A DNA stretch of 64,000 nucleotides from Octopus vulgaris (Eukaryota): positions 76,446,001 to 76,510,000 of the forward strand of contig OX597821.1 of the NCBI GenBank assembly GCA_951406725.2, read 5' to 3'. Below are positions 13,701 to 25,470 of this stretch, piece after piece (position 1 is the first letter of the stretch; each line of letters starts with the position of its first letter). Below the pieces are notes generated by a model. It was not told the DNA's origin and made no database searches. It saw only the letters and a list, made by a program, of their open reading frames with translations. The position numbers and the translations under genes are program-made.

Positions 13701-14875
13701 ATGTTCTTGTTATATTTCTCATCTCCATCAGGAGCAGTTAGAGTTGTATTCCAGGTTTGTGGTTGTTGTGGGGGGGGGGACAATTACCTGAAAGGGTGTG
13801 GTGGAAGGGAGGGGATTGATCCCAAGAGAAAACATTATTTCAACTGTCTTGCCCCTGGGTACTTACAATGCTACCCAGTAGTCTGGTAGCGTTTGGGTGT
13901 GGGGAGAGAGGGAAGCGGGGGGGAGAAAAGCTTGTGAGTAAGTGCAGGTTCAAGTTGATATCTCTTGTCATTCTAAGAGAGAATAACTTATTGTCTTGCA
14001 CTGGAGATAAGTTCGCTTGTATTGCTTTCAGGCATTGCGAAAATCTAAGGAGAGAGAGAGAGAGAGAGAAAAAAAAAAAGGAAAAAGAATGGCTAAACAA
14101 AAGCCAATTCTATTGTGGTTCATTCACATTATTTGAAGAAGAACAAGAACAAGAAGAAGCAGAAGAAGAAGTGGCAGGGCCATTGTTAATAGCTATTGCT
14201 AGTCAAGTCCTGGTCTTTAATTTTCTTCATAGAAAACTTTTAAGTGAAGATTTCTGAATGAATCTTTTTTTGCCAATGGCAAATTTTTGTTTGGTTTGTT
14301 ATTTATTTGTTGTTGTTATCATTATTATTATTATCATCATCATCATCATCATCATCATTTTAATACAATGACTTTGCATTGCTTTCGGTTCTGGGTTTGT
14401 TTTTTTTTTGCGATGGGGAATGGCGGGGTGGGGGGGGGGCCTGTTCTATCCATCTCTTCAGTCGAGGACTCACAATAATTGCATTGATAGATCCTTGTTT
14501 TGATTCCTGCAAACACACACACACACACTCGATATTATATAATTTGTGTGCGATAAGTACTTGGAGAACTGCTACAGTTTGCCCAGTGCTGCCCTCTAGC
14601 AGCGTTTAGCAAATACATTCACACATTTCATTGATTTAAAAACAAACTGTAGAAAAATGGTGAGGGGAGAACAAATATATATATATATATACACACACGT
14701 AATTGACGGACGAGTCTACAGCTATAAATATCGGTGTACATATATGTTTACATTTATACGGATAGACATTTGCATCTACACACATATATACATATATAAA
14801 TATCTGTATACATATACGTCTACATTTATACAGATAGACATTTGCATTTACACACGTATATACATATATAAATAC

Positions 14876-15108
14876 CTATTTCTTTACTACCCACAAGGGG
14901 CTAAGCACAGAGGAGACAAACAAGGACAGACAGACAGATTAAGTCAATTACATCAACCTCAGTGCGTAACTGGTACTTAATTTATCGACCCAGAAAGGAT
15001 GAAAGGCAAAGTCGACCTCAGCGGAATTTGAACTCAGAACGTAAAGACAGACGAAATACCGCTAAGCATTTCGCCCGGCGTGCTAATGTTTCTGCCAGCT
15101 CGCCGCCT
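14876..15108 (-). mobile_element. Second SINE family with a Meta-domain-like centre, tail type A
   Basis: Head aaggcggcgagctggcagaaac; B-box-like gagttcaaattcc; centre gactttgcctttcatcctttc..ggtcgataaattaagtaccag; tail ..agccccttgtgggtagtaaagaaatag. Other copies: 11660-11885, 29626-29858, 48620-49034 (two), 60863-61095. Confidence 0.8.
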
Positions 15109-15412
15109 TATATAAATATATAAATACCTATACATATATAAATACCTGTATACAGATAGACATTTGCATCTACACACATATATACGTAAACTGATTGTCT
15201 GATTCACCTTCAGTGGTGTGTATTCTGTTTGTTCCACGACTACATTGGCTACTCCTTGGCTTATGACCATGTGGTTAGGGAGTTGATTTCCCAACCACAT
15301 GGCTTCTAGGCTTCTTGTTCAATCCCTCTACTTGGCCTCTTACATAATTATTTTCTACTAAGGCCTTAGACTGACCAAAGTTTATTGTATGTATGTGTGT
15401 GCATGCATGTAA

Positions 15413-15455
<43 letters not shown>

Positions 15456-15515
15456 TATACATTCATATATATATATATATACACATATATATCTTTATAT
15501 GTATACATACATATA

Positions 15516-15587
<72 letters not shown>

Positions 15588-15879
15588 TGGGGGATAAACT
15601 TACTTGGAAATGGATACATGGCATTCAATCAAATAATGATATAAATAATATATATAGTTGAAATTTACAGAAAAACAAAAGACGAAGACAGGTGTATGAT
15701 CAACAAGCAGGTGTTTAGTTAGAAACTTAGGAAGGTGAGAAAGTCTTTTATGTTTCAAGCCTATGCTCCTCAGTAGGAAGGAATTAAGAAAATAAAAAGT
15801 GGGAGAATAAAAAAAAAACTTGTGGGGTTAGTGGTCACGCATGGTAACACACACACACACACACACACATATATATGCA

Positions 15880-16000
15880 CAGTAATCACTCGACTATCGC
15901 ATGTTACATTCCAACACCCCCCCTCCTCCAACGATAAGTGAAACTCTGTAAAGTAGAAACAGTACTGTTCTGTATATTTTTTTTGTAATTTTATAATTTA
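15880..16000. mobile_element. Possible Tigger/pogo-like terminal fragment
   Basis: Begins cagtaatcactcgactatcgc, resembling CAGT..CCTCG termini; no partner TIR found. Confidence 0.3.
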
Positions 16001-16811
16001 TATATATTTATTTTATTACAAATGCAAATCAACACCTCAGAGGAATCCAGGTAATCTTAAATAATAAACTGATCGCACAGGACTACTATATGTGTGTGTG
16101 TGTGTGTGTGTATATATATAGATAGATAAAACCTACTTGGAAGAAGATGCGTGGTGTTCGATCATAGAATAACAATTTAATAAATAAAACATATGCATAT
16201 ATACATACATATATGTACATACTTACATCTATATGTATATATACATGCATATATGGGTACAGGACGCCACAAAAAAACGTAGAACACAACGAGAAACAAA
16301 AACATAAAAACAAAATATGGCAACGGACTTTTTCTAAGCAACGAAAAAACAGAGTACAAGACATACAACACAAGGAACATTCCTCCTCTTCAGCTGCCCC
16401 TGCTTCGAATTATTCGAAACACGGAATAAGTCGAAGCAGGGACAGCTGAAGAAGGGGAATATATATATATATGTATATATATAAATACATATATATGATG
16501 CTGGTGTGTTTACATATACAATGATGATGATGACATCAAATAGTTTTACATTCTTTTAATCTATATTTTTATCTATATATCTATATGTGGTACTTTTATA
16601 TATATATATGTATATATATAGGTCTATTGATCTGTATTAAATTGTATTAATGTATGTGTATTTTTAAAATTTCGCATCTGGGAATTTGTTGATTGACCTA
16701 CACTTTGTTTCTGAATTTTCCTATGAGGAAGTAATTAATAAAATATTTATTAATTATAGAATATGACATCTCTGACAGTTGTTTTGATTCAGTAATCTTT
16801 AGATGATTACT

Positions 16812-17196
16812 CTTTTAATTGTTTCAGTCATTTGACTGTGGCCTTGCTGGAGCACCGCCTTTAGTCGAACAAATCGACCCCAGGACTTATTCTTTGTAAG
16901 CCTAGTACTTATTTTATCAGTCTCTTTTGCTGAACCGCTAAGTTACGGGAACGTAAACACACCAGCATCAGTTGTCAAGCGATGTTGGGGGGACAAACAC
17001 AGACACAAACATATACACACACATACATATATACGACGAGCTTCTTTCAGTTTCTGTCTACTAAATCCACTCACAAGGCTTTGTTCGACCTGAGGCTATA
17101 GTAGAAGACACTTGCCCAAGGTGCCATGCAGTGGGACTGAACCCGGAACTATGTGGCTGGTAAGCAAGCTACTTACCACACAGCCACTCCTACGCC
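16812..17196 (-). mobile_element. Full-length CORE-type SINE, minus strand
   Basis: Same family. Further minus copies at 6455-6735, 26550-27018 and 58915-59260. Confidence 0.85.
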
Positions 17197-17384
17197 TTTA
17201 TAAAATTAAAATCATTACAAGATGAATCTCTTCAGAGGCATTAAAGATATTTCAGTTAGAAATGCGTGTTGAGATAATGGCTACAAACCATTAATGCAAT
17301 GTTTTTTGCCAAAGATCTATCAATTCTACCAAACTGCCACTTTAAACCCATTCTGCATTGATGTTCAGTAATCCTTCCCCATAT

Positions 17385-17706
17385 TGCAGTTCATCTATCG
17401 CCCACTGCATTGCAGTTCACCTATCATGCACTCTGCATATTGCGGTTCACTCATCACACACTCAGTACATCGCTGTTCACCTATTGCACACTGAGTACAC
17501 CGCAGTTTACTTGTCATGCACTCAGTGCATTGTGGTTCACCCATCACACACTCCATAATTCACAGTTCACCTATCGTGCACTCAGTACATCGCTGTTCAC
17601 CTATTGCACACTCGGTACACTGTGGTTCACCTGTCATGCACTCAGTTCATTGTGGTTCACCTGCCATGCACTCAGTCCATCGTGGTTCACCTATCATGTG
17701 CTCAGT
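17385..17706. repeat. 30-bp minisatellite, about 11 copies
   Basis: Unit approximately gcactcagtacatcgtggttcacctatcat. Confidence 0.9.
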
Positions 17707-17871
17707 ATATCTTGGATTTTTCTAGCTAATATATGTAAATTTATATTGCAGACTCCTCAATATATCACAAGTTTATGCAGCCGATAGGTATTTATATCTT
17801 TTTTAGATTTTAATTATTTCTGTGGTAAAATAAACATTTTCATGCCTAAAAATTAATAAATTAAAATAAAG

Positions 17872-18273
17872 TGCAGGAGTGGCTGTGTGGTAAGTAGCTT
17901 GCTAACCAACCACATGGTTCTGGGTTCAGTCCCACTGCATGGCATCTTGGGCAAGTGTCTTCTGCTATAACCCCGGGCCGACCAATGCCTTGTGAGTGGA
18001 TTTGGTAGACGGAAACTGAAAGAAGCCTGTCGTATATATGTATATATATATATATATTGTGTGTGTGTGTGTGTGTGTGTTTGTCCCCCTAGCATTGCTT
18101 GACAACCGATGCTGGTGTGTTTACGTCCCTGTCATTTAGCGGTTCGGCAAAAGAGACCGATAGAATAAATACTGGGCTTACAAAGAATAAGTCCCGGGGT
18201 CGATTTGCTCGACTAAAGTCGGTGCTCCAGCATGGTTGCAGTCAAATGACTGAAACAAGTAAAAAGTAAAAGA
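17872..18273 (+). mobile_element. Full-length tRNA-derived CORE-type SINE (probably octopus OR2-like)
   Basis: A box TGGCTGTGTGGT, B box GGTTCAGTCCC, CORE-like (c)ttgggcaagtgtcttc, internal (TA)n(TG)n, and 3' part ending actgaaacaagtaaaa(g)ag. Other + copies: 470-635, 655-1070, 5880-6240, 21497-21655, 37735-38720, 58288-58425. Confidence 0.85.
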
Positions 18274-18642
18274 GTACTGCACTGTATAACACATTATTTA
18301 AAATATATTACAAGAAAATACGTAGAGTACCGTAGATGAGTAACTAAAGAATCTCACATGCTGTATGGAAAACGAAACTCGGGAGGCGAGTGTGTGGGGT
18401 TGTTTAGCTTTTATAATGAAATAAATATACACAAATTATAAAAATGATTAAAAAAAAATATACTGATCCTACTTGCAGATTTTCACCCGTCACGGGAGGT
18501 TTTGGAACATAACACCCGCGATAGTTGAGGGATTACCACTAAACAGGGGTTCATTACACAGGGTGCAGTGCATGTCCAACCAAACTGTTTCCTTGTATAC
18601 CATGACAGCTGCAACAGTGGTTGCAGTGGCACGTCTCCCTCC

Positions 18643-18674
<32 letters not shown>

Positions 18675-18679
18675 TTTCT

Positions 18680-19093
18680 CTTTACTCTTTTACTTGTTTC
18701 AGTCATTTGACTGTGGCCATGCTGGAGCACCGCCTTTAGTTGAGCAAATTGACCCCTAGGACTTATTCTTTGTAAGCCTAGTACTTATTCCATTGGTCTC
18801 TATTGCCGAACTGCTAAGTTACGAGGACGTAAACACATCAGCATCGGTTGTCAAGCGATGTTGGGGGGACAAAGACAGACACACAAACACATACACACAC
18901 ACACACACACACACGCGTATACATATATACGACGAGCTTCTTTACAGTTTCCATCTACCAAATCCACTCACAAGGCTTTGGTCGGTCCGAGGCTATAGTA
19001 GAAGACACTTGCCCAAGGTGCCACATAGTGGGACTGAACCCGGAACCATGTGGTTGGTAAGCAAGCTACTTACCACACAGCCACTCCTGCGCC
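18680..19093 (-). mobile_element. Full-length CORE-type SINE, minus strand
   Basis: Reverse complement of the 17872-18273 family; explains the N-terminal part of the 272-aa ORF. Confidence 0.85.
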
Positions 19094-20609
19094 TGTCTAC
19101 TAAATATAAACATTTTGATCAAATATCCCACCAGATTCTCCTCTGTCTACACTCAGTAACAAGTCAAAATGCATCTGTAGATATAAGGCTGTTGTCAGTA
19201 CCCCTGGTTCTTTTCCACCCGGCTTCCTCCTCCTACTTTCATCTTTCCTACTGCTCCTCCCTCCTTTCATTTCATTCACACATTCCTTATTTCCTATTTT
19301 CCTCTCTTTCTTCACAAAGTTTCCTTCATGTTTCTTCTCTCTTTTCTTTTCCTATCATCTTCACCTTCCTGCATCATTCATCTATTCAACCTCTCCTCCC
19401 TCCCCATCGTTTCCTGATATCCATCTCCACACACATGCGTGTGTGTGTAGTAATTCATCCAGCCTTTCCTTGCTGCTCCTTCTCCTTCCCTTCTATCTCA
19501 TCCTCATCTTCATCACCATCTTCTTCATCATCATCATCAGCATCAGCATCTTTGTCATCATGGTCCTTCTGTTCATCCCTAACCAATGTCTGCCTTGCTG
19601 TGTTTTCTTAATTGATTATGGGTTCGTTGTTTGTTGTTATGGTGTGGTGTCTTCCCGTTTTTTTTCCTCTTGGGCATCTGGTTCTGATCACCGGTCACTG
19701 TTTGTACATATGTTGCACATCCAATATTGTTTCACCGATATTGGCAACACAATCACCTTCGCTGCCTTCCTTTCCACCTTCACTCCTCTCTCTCTCTCTC
19801 TCTTTCTCTTATCCCTTGTCTTTCTTCCTCAACTCTCAACACTGATATGTCACTCTTATCAGTCATGTTTACAGAACAGCTCCAAAAAAAACCTGCACCT
19901 TTGATCGCAAGTCTGCTGGATCTGTGATGGCCTTGGGTTAAATAATGACCAAAATATTAGCAGCGATAGCATTAACATCACCCCCAGCCCCATCGACATA
20001 ATCTCTAACTACAATGATTATTTTATCACACAGAACAACACTTCACATCTCTAACACTAACACTTTAGCTCTAAACAAATTAACATCCTCACTTCTCCAA
20101 TAACATCCCCAACACCAAATCGCCAATGACCACAATAACAACATCAATATTACAATGACTATGAATCAATCAGGAGCCTCTTTGCTGTTTGCACAACCAG
20201 CTAAAAGTAGTTGCTGAATCTTCCTCACATCATTCATCATTATCATTGTTTAACGTCCGCTTTCCATGCTAGCATGGGATGGATGATTTGACTGAGGTCT
20301 GGCGAACCAGACTCCGATGTGATCTGGCAGAGTTTCTACAGCTGGTTGCCCTTCCTAACGCCAACAACTCCGAGAGTGTAGTAGGTGCTTTTACGTGCCA
20401 CCGGCATGATGGCCAGTTTGGTGGTACTGGCAATGGCCATGCCCAAGTGCTTTTCACGTGCCACCTGCACTGGCAACGACCTCGCTTGAATATTTCATGT
20501 GCCACCAGCACAAGTGCTAGTAAGGCGACACGGTAACAATCATGCTCGAATGGTGTGCTTAACGTGCCATCGGCACGAAGGCCAGCATGTTGCTCTGGCA
20601 ACAATCTCT

Positions 20610-20860
20610 CTCGTTTCATTGTTTTCTTTAGAAAAGGGCACAAGCATAGCTGTGTGGCAATCATCCGCACACGTTGCACTTCAGTTCCTGCTGGGTTTCT
20701 GCAAACATTGTACCCGAGTGTTGTTTATGGAAGAAACACATCAAAGCAGTGCACTCCACTCAGTTTTTTGTTCAGAGATGTCACATCTATTCCTAACAAT
20801 ATTTCTCCATGATGCAGTTTTCAGCCATTGCCTCCCAGTTATCCACATACATCTCCAAAG
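20610..20860 (-). mobile_element. Highly decayed BovB-like RTE C-terminal fragment
   Basis: Frameshifted pieces DNWEAMAEN, WRNIVRNRCD and LKCNVCG. Confidence 0.45.
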
Positions 20861-22794
20861 CTTTAACCCTTTCGTTACTGTATTTATTTTGAGATGCTCT
20901 GTGTTTCTTTCAATTATTTCAAATATAAGAAAGAATTTAGTAAAATAATTTAATAGGAACATAAATTGCGATTAAGGTTTGGTGGAAGATTTTAATGAAA
21001 AACTTATGAAAACAAGACATTTGTACTACAGAGCCAGAGCCGGTTTTGGCCGGGTTAGTAACAAAAGGATTAAGATTGCCTTTTATTACATCCTTAAATT
21101 GTTTCCTTGGTTTATGTTGAGGCCTTTTCCCCTCTGGTCAGTCAGCTCCCCCAAAAAAATCTGTTCAGGTGACCAACCCAATGCATCTGATTCAAAACTG
21201 TTCTTTCCTCAATGCTGGTGCAACCCATTTCTCAAGTATAATCACATCAGATGTGTAAGAGGCCCACTTGATGTTCAGGGTGCATCAGATGCAATATGGA
21301 TGAAACCTCTCCAACCGCTTGATAATGATGCCTCCAGGTTGTCTACTTTATGCACCCTTATTGCAGGGTTATAAGTATATTGGCCTCTTACACAGAGAGT
21401 TTTGTGGGTCTTGTGGTACCCTAATCTGACCAGACTTGCTTCTTAAGTTTTCCAAAAGCTACACTAGCTTTCACAGTGCTGTGACTTATTTCAGAGCAGG
21501 GCTGTGTGGTCAGAGCTTATTTCCCAACCACATGGTTCCAGGTTCAGTCCCACTACATGACACCTTGGGCAAGTGTTTCTACCATGGTCTCAGGCTGACC
21601 AAAGCCTTGTGAGTGGATTTGATAGACAGAAACTGAAAGAAGACCACCATATGTGTGTGTGTGTGTTCAGTAATGAATTACAAGCAATGCTAGTGTTGTA
21701 AACATTACTGACCAGACATGCTCAGTGTGTGTGTTTGGTTTGTTCACTGGTTCATTGTGAACCTGAAGGACAACTTCCCCATTGCACTGGGTGTTGAAAT
21801 GCCTGAATGTCAAAGACAGGCAAGACAACTCACTCCAGATCTCATTCAAGAGTGAGGGATACCGCTATTTTGCCATTTCTATGTCTTATCAACATCACAT
21901 ACCTGAATCGAACCTGGGGCAAAGAGAATCACCAGTTCCTGACAAAATATAAATAGTATAAAAGCCATTTGTTGGTATGCCACAACAATGCATATCATCA
22001 TCATCATTTAACGTCCATTTTCCATGCTAGCATGGGTTGGACGGTTCGACCAGGTTCTGGTAAGCCATGGAGGCTGCACCAGGCTCCAGTCTGATCTGGC
22101 AGTGTTTCTACAGCTGGATGCCCTTCCTAACGCCAACCACTCCATGAGTGTAGTGGGTGTTTTTTACGTAGCCAGGAGCCAGAGCAGGCTGGCAAACAGC
22201 CACAATCAGTTGGTGCTTTTACGTGTCACTGATACGGACGCCAGTACCAATTTAAAAGTAGTGCTAGCATTGTAAACATTATTGACTGCACATAGTGTGT
22301 GTGTGTTTTATTTGTTCACTGGTTCAGGGGAGGGGGTTAAGTGCTTGAAGGATGCCTCCCTCATCGCATTGGCTGTTAAAACACCTGAAAGTTATACACT
22401 GGCAAAACGGTTCAGGTGTGATGGATAATCATATTTTGCCAGTTCTGTCAATATCGTGTATCTGAGTCGAACCTGGGACAAACTGAATCACCAGTTTATG
22501 ACTATATAACATAATGCTGGGGGGACCTCCATCTTTCATCCTTATGAGGTTGACTAAATAAGGCCCCAGTCAAGTGCTGGGCTTGATCTAATGTGTTAAT
22601 TGATGTGGCTTGTTACTGGAACTTACAGTGATGCCACATATTTTTGGTCATACTGCATACTGTTCAGTTACAAGAAAATGTAATTTTTTGGAATGTTTAC
22701 AATATTTCATAATCAAACTTTAATATTTAGCACTCATGTTATTTAAATATACTCAAAACCATGTCAAAGACACAGAATAAAAGATTTACTCAAA

Positions 22795-23366
22795 TTACAT
22801 AAAATGCACCATCTGAATGTGGTCAATGCCAGTGCTCCCTGACTGGCTCCCATGCCAGTGGCATATAAAAAAGCACCATCTGAATGTAGTTGATGCCAAT
22901 GTCCCCTGACTGGTACCCATGCTGATGGCACATAAAAAGCACCATCTGAACCTAGCCAATGCCAATGCCCTCTGACTGGCTGCCACGCCGGTGGCATGTA
23001 CAAGCACTATCCAAACATGATCGATACCAGGGCCACTTGACTGGCTCCCGTGCCAGTCCCACATAAAAAGCTCCATCCAAACATAGCCGATGCCAGTTCC
23101 CCTGACTGGCTCCCACACCAGTGGCACATAAAAAAGCACTATCCAAACGTGATCGTTTCCAGGGCTGACTGACTGGCTCCTGTACCTGTGGCACATAAAA
23201 AGTACCCATACATTCCTGGAGTGGTTGGCATTAGGAAGGGCATCCAGTTGTAGAAACATTGCCAGATCAGATTGGAGCCTGGTGCAGCCGCTGGCTTTCC
23301 AGACCTCAGTCAAACCATCCAACCCATGCCAGCATGGAAAACAGACATTAAACGATGATGATGATG
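22795..23366 (+). mobile_element. RTE 3'-UTR-derived repeat with about 7 tandem ~65-bp subunits and (GAT)n tail. Representative of about 25 copies, e.g. 11104-11286 -, 12163-12320 -, 20235-20610 -, 21995-22245 -, 39035-39483 +, 43885-44165 +, 51895-52125 -, 53703-54020 -, 59725-60120 +
   Basis: Shared core gagtggttggcattaggaagggcatccagctgtagaaac..ccaacccatgccagcatggaaa..gttaaacgatgatgat, also attached to the RTE ORF ends at 4170 and 31680. Confidence 0.85.
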
Positions 23367-24224
23367 TACCACTGATGGTACATTGGTGCATATGGCAGTT
23401 GTGTGAAGTTAGCAATGAGCCACTAGATGGCACATGTAAAAGTTAACACTTTAATTGCTTAAGCCTTCCCTCCAAATGTATGGTCTGGGTACCCTAGAAA
23501 TTACTTACATTGTTGTTTGTGTGCCTTCACAGTTCCTACTCTTAGATATGGCAGTAGGAACCTTGGAGTGTATGATGTATAAAAACAAAATTTATACACA
23601 GCAAACACAGACACACATTTGAATTTCCTGCTATGAACTACAATGCTACTTCACTATGGAATTCTAGAACTTTTGGTCCTAAAAGACATGTAAATAAATG
23701 TAAACATTGTAGCTATGTACATTTTTCACAATTTATTAGCTTTTAGTGGTTCTAATAAATGATTTGTACATATTTTCACATGTATTTTATTTGATTTTCC
23801 ACTTTCGTGTTGGTTTTTAAGTATTTAAAAAAAAAAACTTGCATGCTTTTAAATATATTTGCTAAGACTGACTTCAAGTCTGATAAATCAACTGAAGTTG
23901 AGGTTATTTTTCCCATTAATTTCTTTTTAAAAAAAAAACTGATGACATGAAGTCAAAAAAGACATAACTTGAAACAACATGAATTGAGGAATACTTTTAT
24001 ACACACATACAAAGAGAAACAAGTGCGATAAAGCAAAGCAAGGAAAGAGAGAGAGAGAGAGAGGTGGGGTGGGGAGAAAGATAATATAATGAGTGTTGGA
24101 CTGTGTGTATATGAAAGAGAGAGAGATGAGAGGCAGATGGGAAAAAGAGAAGGTAAATAGCAAACAAATCTCAACATTTCCTCATCAGATTAAAATCATA
24201 AATCAAGAGATAATTGTAGCAAAG

Positions 24225-24605
24225 AAGTAATGATGGTAATTGGAGGGATTAAGATTAATGGCGGTAGGAAAGATTAGATTAATGATGGTCAGGGGTATTA
24301 GATTAGTGATTGGTAGAAGGAATTAGTTTAATGATGGTAGGAGGATGGATTAGATTAGTGTTGGTAGGAGGTATTAGATTAGTCATGGTAGGAGGGATTA
24401 GTATAATGATGGTAGGAGATATTAGTATAGTGATGGTAGGAGGGATTAGTTTACTGATGGTAGGAGGGATTAGTTTAGTGATGGTGGGAGGTATTAGATT
24501 AGTTATGATCGGAGGGATTAAATTATTAATTGTAGAAGGATTTGGATTCATGATGGTAGGAAGGATTACACTATTAATGGTAGATGGATTAAGATCAGTG
24601 GTGAT
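24225..24605. repeat. 24-bp minisatellite, about 15 copies
   Basis: Unit approximately gatggtaggagggattagattagt. Confidence 0.9.
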
Positions 24606-24904
24606 GTTCATAAGTGATGTAGATAGCACATAGGCTCAATTTAGAGAAATGGAGGTGATTATGAAGTACAAACATATGGTGTGTGGTTGTTCACACTCGA
24701 GACTTTCATTTCATATTTCCTGCAACATTTCCACTTTGAAGATGCGTCGGGCAATTTTCAGAAGCTTTAAATCTTGTTGATTTTTCTTCCCAAGAAATAA
24801 AGGTTCTAGCAAGTAGAAAAACGCAGTTTCAGCAACATGCTGTAATTACTTAGGTGTATAGCCACCTTCGGCAATCATTTTTCTTTTCTTTTTTTCTTTT
24901 TGCA

Positions 24905-25470
24905 AAATAATTGGAAGCAGCCTCTATCAGGACTGGTATTTTTACCAGTCATTTTTATTTTGGGAAGGTTTAAGAAGCTCTGCCTACAACGCTTCAAGTA
25001 AAAATATGAATCATAAAAGTAGACCTAGGAAAATAATATGGTTTGCCCCACCCCCGCTTCTCCCTTTATATTAAAACTAATGCAGGCCAGAAATTCCAGA
25101 CTCTTTTAGATAAGCATTTCCTGGTAAACCACAAATACAGGAAGATTTTTAACAGACACTTGATAAAAATATAATACAGCTGCTGCCCCACTATGAAGGA
25201 CATTATCACTTGTAACCATCACCAAGAGCCAACTCCCAGTTGTAATTACCAAGACCTTGATGCTTGCTCACTTGATCAGGCATATATGAGAAGTTCATTT
25301 GTATATGTGACAGAAGTTACAGCAACACTTCAAGACAACCTAACCGAAAAGAAAAATTACATGAGGTTATGTGACATTTCAAAAGACATCATGCAAACCA
25401 CTTATCTTATTCCTTATTCCTGGCACATTGACAAAGGTAAAGCCACTACATTGATGAGCTACATATGGCC
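24905..25470 (+). mobile_element. Penelope-like retroelement coding relic (RT-endonuclease linker and degenerate GIY-YIG)
   Basis: RPRKIIWFAPP / FSLYIKTNAGQKFQTLLDKHFLVNHKYRKIFNRHLIKI*YSCCPTMKDII..FVYVTEV..KKNYMRL..TTLMSYIW, which follows the PLE pattern IIWFNPP..DKHF..KIFN..YSC. Confidence 0.8.

Noticed and set aside
18793-19611. 272-aa ORF, the longest non-LINE ORF
   Set aside because: It is an antisense SINE followed by a CT-rich low-complexity tract that lacks stops by composition.
22795-23210. Regularly spaced palindromic repeats resembling a CRISPR array
   Set aside because: The spacers are homologous to each other, the context is eukaryotic, there are no cas genes, and the units belong to an RTE 3' UTR.
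24170-24195. CTGATGAG..GAAA on the minus strand (also CTGATGA at 13561, 23940, 63681) as hammerheads
   Set aside because: No stem II or stem I pairing; the 63681 match is simply the YADD codons.
24303-24633. PPTITNLI-repeat protein
   Set aside because: A 24-bp minisatellite is open on both strands because its unit is a multiple of 3; no gene context.
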